Source: Yuukianura sp. NJ FZ-2021
Taxonomy: Eukaryota
Assembly: GCA_046563655.1 (NCBI GenBank)
Contig: CM102290.1
Location: forward strand, 558,001 to 622,000
Reading direction: 5' to 3'
Length of the DNA: 64,000 bases
In this document: in pieces, positions 54,842 through 64,000 of the stretch
Numbering within the stretch: the stretch's first letter is position 1
Layout of the letters: each line of letters begins with the position of its first letter
Position numbers and translations under genes: made by a program
Notes under the pieces: generated by a model
Told to the model about the DNA's origin: nothing
Databases searched by the model: none
What the model saw: the letters and a program-made list of their open reading frames with translations, nothing else

Positions 54842-56277
54842 GGGTAGAGTGGTGCTTGAGGAAGTGGTCGGTTATCGGGAAGTGGTCGGTGGTCGTGAAG
54901 TAATTTGACTAACCCTGGTCGACCTATCCAGTTACCATCAATTTAGTTACCATCATAAAAAACATATGTAAAAAAAGTGGCATGATTCATTAGCTTTTCT
55001 GCTTCTGGACAACTTTTTTGGCTTTTTTAAGACAGGGCGATAACCTTTTGCCCTTCTAATGTCTCAAATGGAAAACTATTTTTTTTTAAAGATTCGCCAC
55101 TTTCAGCATCATCTAACTGGACCACTTTGGTTAGAAGCCAATATGTTTTCGACTTTTTTTTTGTGAAAAAAATTACTGTTTCCAAATTAATTGGCGGGCT
55201 TCTGTCATTTTAACTGTCCATTTTTTGTTGTAAAATCATCAAAGATTTTATGAGTGAAGTTAAGTTCTGATTGGCAAAACTTTTTTTTTTCTTTGTACTA
55301 AAAAAACTCAACTACTACATTCTATTTCCTTTTTCTTTTTTGCTCAAAAGCCCAACGTTACAAATATTTTTAGAAAGTGTCAAATTTGATTAATCTATTG
55401 CCAAAATTAAGCTTTAAAATTTGTTTTCAAAATTTGGTTTAAGGAGTTTGAAATTTCGACGCCTATTGAATGTTGACACTGTCATACTTCACTTTATTCG
55501 TACTTGGGACACAATCTACAGTTTGGCTTGGAATTCTCCTCTGACATAACATTGGTTCACCTTAACCTAACTGCAATCATAGCCTATTTTTAGGCTATGA
55601 TTACGTTAGCTTTTAGGTTATTGACAAATGTCGAAGTCACACTTTAACCTTCAAGGTGTGACTTCATGTTCTTTTCCTTGAGCGTCAAAGACATTTGTCA
55701 ATAGGAGGTGACAAATAACAAAAATTTACGGAACTAAAAAAATTTCCAATGAATGAAATCACTTCCGTTGAAAATTTTTTGAGAAAATAGAAATTTTTGA
55801 AGACAACCAATAAGTTATCTCGGTTGATCGTTCTCCAAATTAAATGACTTTCAAAAAAAAAAAATCACAAAATCCATTTTTTTTCTCAACCGGAAACAGA
55901 AAATTACGAATTCGTCCATGACTGATTTAGAGTTACATCATATTGGCACGAAAGTTCAAATTCATTGGCGGAAATGAGCAACTAAAAAGGACAAAAAAAA
56001 TTAGTTTTGTGTGAATTTGCAATTGTCATTTCCTCAAGAACTCGAAATTGGCGTCAACACGGAACTTCTTTTGCCTAAGAACGTCATTCTTTACACAAAA
56101 AAATTAAATAAATCAAACTTAATCAGCGATCACAAAGACGAAACTGCGCAATTCAAATAATTTTACTCTTAATCACTTGTGACGCTTGACACAAGTTTGT
56201 AAATAAAAGATTGACGCCTATATTTTTATATTTCGAGTGTCAAAAATAAATCTTGCAGGGCACAAAAACTTGTCTTT

Positions 56278-56474
56278 AATACATGCCAAAAATGTTTACT
56301 AAAAACCAACGAAATATTTAAACAAATACAATATTTACTGAACAAGCTCGAAATATTTGCAAACTTAACATCAAGGGCATGGGCAAATAAATAAATATTT
56401 AGCAACAAAAAGACACAAAATATTGATTTTGTTAACATTACAGGCATGGGAACTAAATATTTTTGGCATCTCTG
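56278..56474. mobile_element. MITE family C copy
   Basis: ACATGCCAAAAATGTTTACTAAAAA...GGAACTAAATATTTTTGGCATCTCTG, colinear with 2990-3186. Confidence 0.75.
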
Positions 56475-57225
56475 TAACACCAAGGGATTTTTTTAGCAAG
56501 AAAACTTTATTTTCAAGAAAAAGTTATTTTTTTTTCATTTTATACAAAACGATTTTGGAAATATGATTATTTGCGATTCTTTTAGAGTTTTGAAATTTTT
56601 TAATTTTTGTGCAAAAATATGAATGTTTGAATGCAAAATGAATTCTGAGAAATCCATGCTCTCAATTTTAATTTTTATTTCATAACTTATTTTGGTTGAA
56701 TTCATTTAAATACTTGGAGGTTTGACGCAAAAATAGACGTAGAGTACATATTGTTTCCAATTAAACACAATTTATATTCACTTCTGGAGTTCTAGAAGTC
56801 AACAAATTGTTGTGGATGGACATGGAATCACAAGTGACGATTGCAAATTTCTTGGAACCTTGGAAGGAAATTGAGCCAAGTGAAGGATGCTGATTTCTGC
56901 CAATTGTTTCTTCTGATGAGTTAATTTTTAATTCAACTTTTGCAAAAAAAAGATGTTTGCTTGTTTTTTATAGACATGAACTTGGCTTTTGGCATTCGGT
57001 TGAGTCTTGTCCACTTCATTATTCAAAGTGGATCCATCATCTTCTGGATTCTGGACTCTGTGCAATAAAAAGTGTAGGTTCCCATGGTCACCTCCTCACA
57101 TCCACTTTCTTCTTCTTCCCAAGAGCCAAGTCATCACACACGCTCTTGTGCCTTTTCCTTTCAGTTTCTTCCAAAAAAAAAATCTACAATTTTCAAAATT
57201 TACAAAAAAAAAATTGCAAGAGTTT

Positions 57226-57450
57226 CGAATAATTCCCAGCAATTTCCACGAAATCACAGCAGTTTTTCAGGAAATTGTTACAGTTTTCACGAATTGACGT
57301 CACGCCTCAGAAATTCGTTACAGTTTTCAGGAATTAGCAGCGCTTTAAAACAACTTTAAAGAATTTTGAAAGAATTTGTGACTATTCTGGAAAATTTGAA
57401 AGATTTTGAAGGAATTCGCAACAATTTTGAAGGAATTCGCAAAATTTCGG
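57226..57450. repeat. Degenerate 20-21-bp tandem repeat upstream of the Pvf start codon
   Basis: Units like GAATTCGCAACAATTTTGAAG and GAAATTGTTACAGTTTTCAC. Confidence 0.55.
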
Positions 57451-57499
57451 CCATTTTCAATCACGTGACCTTCCAGAATTGTGTTAGTGGTGACCTACC

Positions 57500-59568
57500 A
57501 TGGTTTTTGTGTGTTCCAGAAGTTTTTATATCCTCGTTGTAGTTGGACTACTGAGTCACATGACCTGTTCGGTCCAACCGCACTCTCCCATTGGTCAGGA
57601 GGATCATGAGGATGTAGATTCGGGAGAATCCGAAACGGAACTTAGACGACATCGTGTGGGCTATGGACAGGTCAAGAGTGCCCAGTCACTGTCAGGTCAC
57701 GGCTCAAACCGAGCTACGATAACTTTTCCAGAAGAAGAACCAAATCAAAGAAACAATGAAACGGGATATGAACGCCGAAAGTTAAAAAAATCCGTAGGAA
57801 TAAACTATAAATGTTGTTTTTTCTAAGACAATTTCAACTAATTTTTCAAAATTTTCCAGATTCCGCTTAAACTGCTACGAAATTTGAACAATGAGAGGAC
57901 AGTGTCCAAAATTTTTGAAAAATATGTGTCAAATGTCAAAGTTCAAGATTCCGATGGACAGAAATATTTTGTAGACATGGACGGTCGACCAATTGATGCA
58001 GGACTCGAAGGTAATTAATTAACAATTAATTGCAATCTACATTAAATCAACAAATTTGCAATTGCAAATGTCAAAAGTCAAGGTGACTTCAGAAAGCAAA
58101 GAAGTCAAAAGTCAAAGTGACGTCGGAAGGCAAAAAGGTCATGTCAAAGTGACGTCAGAAAGCAAAAAGGTCAAGTCAAAATGACGTCAGCAGGGAAAAG
58201 GGTCAAAAGTCAAAGTGATGTCCGAAGGCAAAATGGTCAAAATTCAAAATGACGTCGGAAGGCAAAATGGTCAAAAGTCAAAGTGACATCAGAAGGCAAA
58301 ATGGTCAAAAGTCAGAGTGACGTCAGAAGGGAAAAAGTGAAAAGGTCAAACGTTTGAAATTTTTTTCAGAGCTTGTAGGACCACCAGCGGTAACTCAACT
58401 TACTGAAACGCCTCAAAAAACAATCAATACGTTCAATCGTCCCAGTACATTTTCACATAATAGACATAAGCAAGTACCCCTCACCCTTACAGGTTTGCTA
58501 ACATTTCAAATTTCAATCTGAGCATGCTCACATTTTTTGCATGCGCATCGTAGTCCACCGTGTAGTGTTCTTTGTTTAGACATTTTTGTTTAGTTAGTTT
58601 GTAGTTGGCTTCTGTGAATTGTTGTGTCCGTAGTGTTAGAAAAGCTTGTCCGAACATGCTAAACGCTTGATTCGTCGCTTAACACTCCGCCTTTATCAAA
58701 AAACTATCAGCGTCTTTTTCACATTTTTGGCAGATCGTGTCGGAATTCCAACCAGAGTCACGAAACCGGCCGTTTGTGAACCGGAACTCCGAACTGTCGA
58801 AATTCCACCACCAAACGACCCCAATGTCGTCCAATTTCCAAAATGTGTTCGACTCGATCGGTAAGTTCGCGTTTTTGAAACAACATTGAAAAAACTTCTT
58901 TTTTTTTTGAAAATTTCGATTATTTTTAAACTCAGATGCGGGGGATGCTGTGGATCCGACTTACTAATTTGTGAACCTCTGCGAACAGTTCAAACGGAAG
59001 TTCAAGTAAGAAAAAATTATGAAATTCTTCTTTTTCAAATTTATGTCTATTTCAAAAATTTGTGCCAAATTTCTGAAAATGTTTAAATTTTAGGTTCAAA
59101 AATTTGCTTACAACGACGAAACTGAAAAATTGGAGTACCGTGATACACAAATTCTTCTTCTACCGTCTCACACTCAATGTCGCTGCAACTGCAGAATCAA
59201 AGCAGCAGTTAGCACTAACATATCATGTGACATGTTTTCGAAAAAAAAAATTGAAATTTAAAATTTGATTTTTGAAATTTCAGGACTGCAGTGCCCGTCA
59301 TGTGTACAACAGTGAAGACTGTCTGTGTATTTGTAAGAACCGGGGAGAGCAGGAGTTGTGTGCGCAGACGCAGCACAAACTCTGGGACGCCAGTCTCTGT
59401 CAATGCGTATGTCGAGAAATCAAAGTTTGTTCGAGTGGATACACTTTTAACATTGAAACTTGCGACTGCGTTTTGGACAGAAGACGACTGGGGCTAGCTG
59501 ACGACGATACGAACTCTAGAAGAGATCGACGAGAGTTCGGACGAGTCCGGTTTTGGACCCAAAATTAA
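57500..59568 (+). CDS. Pvf: PDGF/VEGF-related growth factor with C-terminal CXCXC repeats
   Basis: Hydrophobic signal peptide (FYILVVVGLLSHMTCS). Cystine-knot motif CEPELRTV...PKCVRLDRCGGCCGSDLLICEP...HTQCRC. VEGF-C-like CLCIC/CQCVC/CDC repeats in the last exon. Confidence 0.9.
58070..58350. repeat. ~34-bp tandem repeat, 8 units, in a Pvf intron
   Basis: Consensus GTCAAAAGTCAAAGTGACGTC(A/G)GAAGGCAAAATG. Confidence 0.92.
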
Positions 59569-60301
59569 AACGGCGGGAAATTTTGAAATTTTAAAAGTTA
59601 GCCAATCAGCACACGTTTGGCTCCATCTTTTCGTCGCAGTATTACGAAAAAAAAAATGTGCGTCGTAGGTTGTTTTCGGTGTTTTACGAAATTCTCCTTT
59701 CGTGTTTCATAAATTTTAATTGTTACCGCCAAAATTTTAAGTTTTCCAGTCGATATGAATTTGACGTTGCACTTGTAGTTAAATACATAGTTATTTTTAA
59801 AGTTAACGAATCTAAGGTAGGTAAAATTAGTCAATTTTGCTTTTTAGTTAATGAACTTTTTAATTACTCTGATTAATTAAACCGTTCTAAGAAAAAATCA
59901 ACAGAAACCCTTCGTAGCCAATTTTTTTTGGTTCACTGTATTGATTTCAATTTGTAAAATAAAATATGCAATCATCTTTAATTAAAAAGGTGAAAAGTAG
60001 TTTTTGTTATTGATTTTTAGTCGAGGTCATTGACCTCAACTGCTGAAATGGTCTATATCGACCAAACTTCCTTATTGTTGATAGAAGTTAATAAATTGTG
60101 TGCTCCATTTCCATTGTTACACTTTGCACTTTCACAAAACATCACAAGAGGAACAATGGAACATCATCCTGTCAACACTTGTCGCCTGACAGCTATTGAT
60201 CTCTTCACTTCAAAGGTTTTATGACCTCCAATAATCAATTTTGGCAACATGCATTTCGATAGCAACCAGGTCAAAAACACAAAACTAACTAACCTAAACA
60301 C

Positions 60302-60574
60302 CAAGGTTCCTTGACAGCTAAAAGTGAATCGTCTTTAACTGGTTGAGTACTATCCCACTCTTTGACAAAAAAATGAAAAAACACTAAAGTTGGTACCAAT
60401 ATTAGTCCCAATCCGATAAATTGTACCAAATTGTATGCAAAATTTATAAAATTCAGCTGTAATATTATGACTACGATGTCCTGAAATGAAACAACATTTT
60501 TTCTTTTGCAAAGTCGAAAAAAAACGTGAGGTATTACATTACCTGTTAAGGAAAATCAAAGTCAACAAACCTTG
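60302..60574. mobile_element. CAAGG-MITE family A copy (between Pvf and catalase)
   Basis: CAAGGTTCCTTGACA...GTCAACAAACCTTG, with internal sequence shared with the other A copies. Confidence 0.85.
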
Positions 60575-61427
60575 TCTAACATAATCTTAAGTTAAATACT
60601 CCAACTTCGGCTCAGAAAGACATAAGGTTAATCATTTGACACTGAAAAGCCAATCAGATCAGATCAGCCTTCCTCACTTGACCTGTTGACCTCTTGACCT
60701 TTCTAAGCTAACTCTTATGTCACTCATTGTCCGTGTTTTATCAAAATAAAGCTTTGAGAATCATAAAATGTGAAGAGGTCATGTCGTAGTGACAAGGTCA
60801 GACGCGTACACGATAAAAAAAACAACGAATTTTGTTACTTTTTTGTGTGTCGAATTCACTCTTTCATCAATTTGTCAACATTTTTATGACTTTTCACTGG
60901 AACCGCTTGAAATTTTTTTAAATTTTCAATTTTTCTACATAATTGCTAAATGTTAGTTTTTTGGCATGTTTTCTTTAATTTTGTGGATCAAGAACTTATG
61001 TTGGAAACTCGTTTATTTTTGTACATGAAAATGCTCAAATTTTTCTCATCAATCAACACTAAACAAAAATTTTCCATTACTGGTCAGATATTTTTCAAAA
61101 GTGCAAATGACTTTAGACATTTTCAAGAAAATGAATAATATTAATAATAAACTATTCTAATAAAAAGTAAATAATTATAACATAAAAATTGCAGGGGCGG
61201 TTTTTTCACATTGTATCGTCTTCACCTGAATTTCCAGAGTTGCTACCTCCCTGCCCGTAAAATATTTTTTTTGAGTGGCATTAGGTTTTAAAAGAGGTGG
61301 AACCTGACTGAACCACCTTCAGTCTTGGACTTAGCAACCACCACTTCGGACTCCACGAACTGCATCTCCAGCGCCAAAATTTGAATTTGAAAGTGAAATT
61401 TCGAAAAAGTCAATTTTTTTTAGAAAA

Positions 61428-64000
<2,573 letters not shown>

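Overview
AT-rich, intron-rich eukaryotic DNA from an arthropod. The gene set and intron style suggest a springtail-like hexapod, but that is a guess. I reconstructed ten spliced protein-coding genes by hand: an ARAP/RhoGAP15B-like PH-RhoGAP-RA-PH protein (-), a harmonin/USH1C-like PDZ scaffold (+), the NompC/TRPN1 mechanotransduction channel (-), mastermind (-), V-ATPase 16 kDa proteolipid (-), PWP2 (+), RuvBL2/reptin (+), tryptophan 2,3-dioxygenase/vermilion (-), a PDGF/VEGF factor (+) and catalase (+, running off the right end). Introns and intergenic DNA hold many non-autonomous elements, and no transposase ORF is visible. The main observations are: (1) a nompC intron (27140-27329) made entirely of a TIR element plus an 11-bp direct repeat that supplies both splice sites, i.e. 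an Introner-type intron gain; (2) a 484-bp-arm near-perfect foldback ending 15 nt from a TDO splice acceptor; (3) a family of CAAG-terminated MITEs with 8-9 bp TSDs, two inverted copies of which bracket a PWP2 exon; (4) an 83-bp Transib-like element with an RSS-like heptamer/nonamer end; (5) a ~530-aa low-complexity N-terminal extension on NompC, which lies tail-to-tail with the harmonin-like gene. Exon coordinates were read by eye and are not supported by transcript data.
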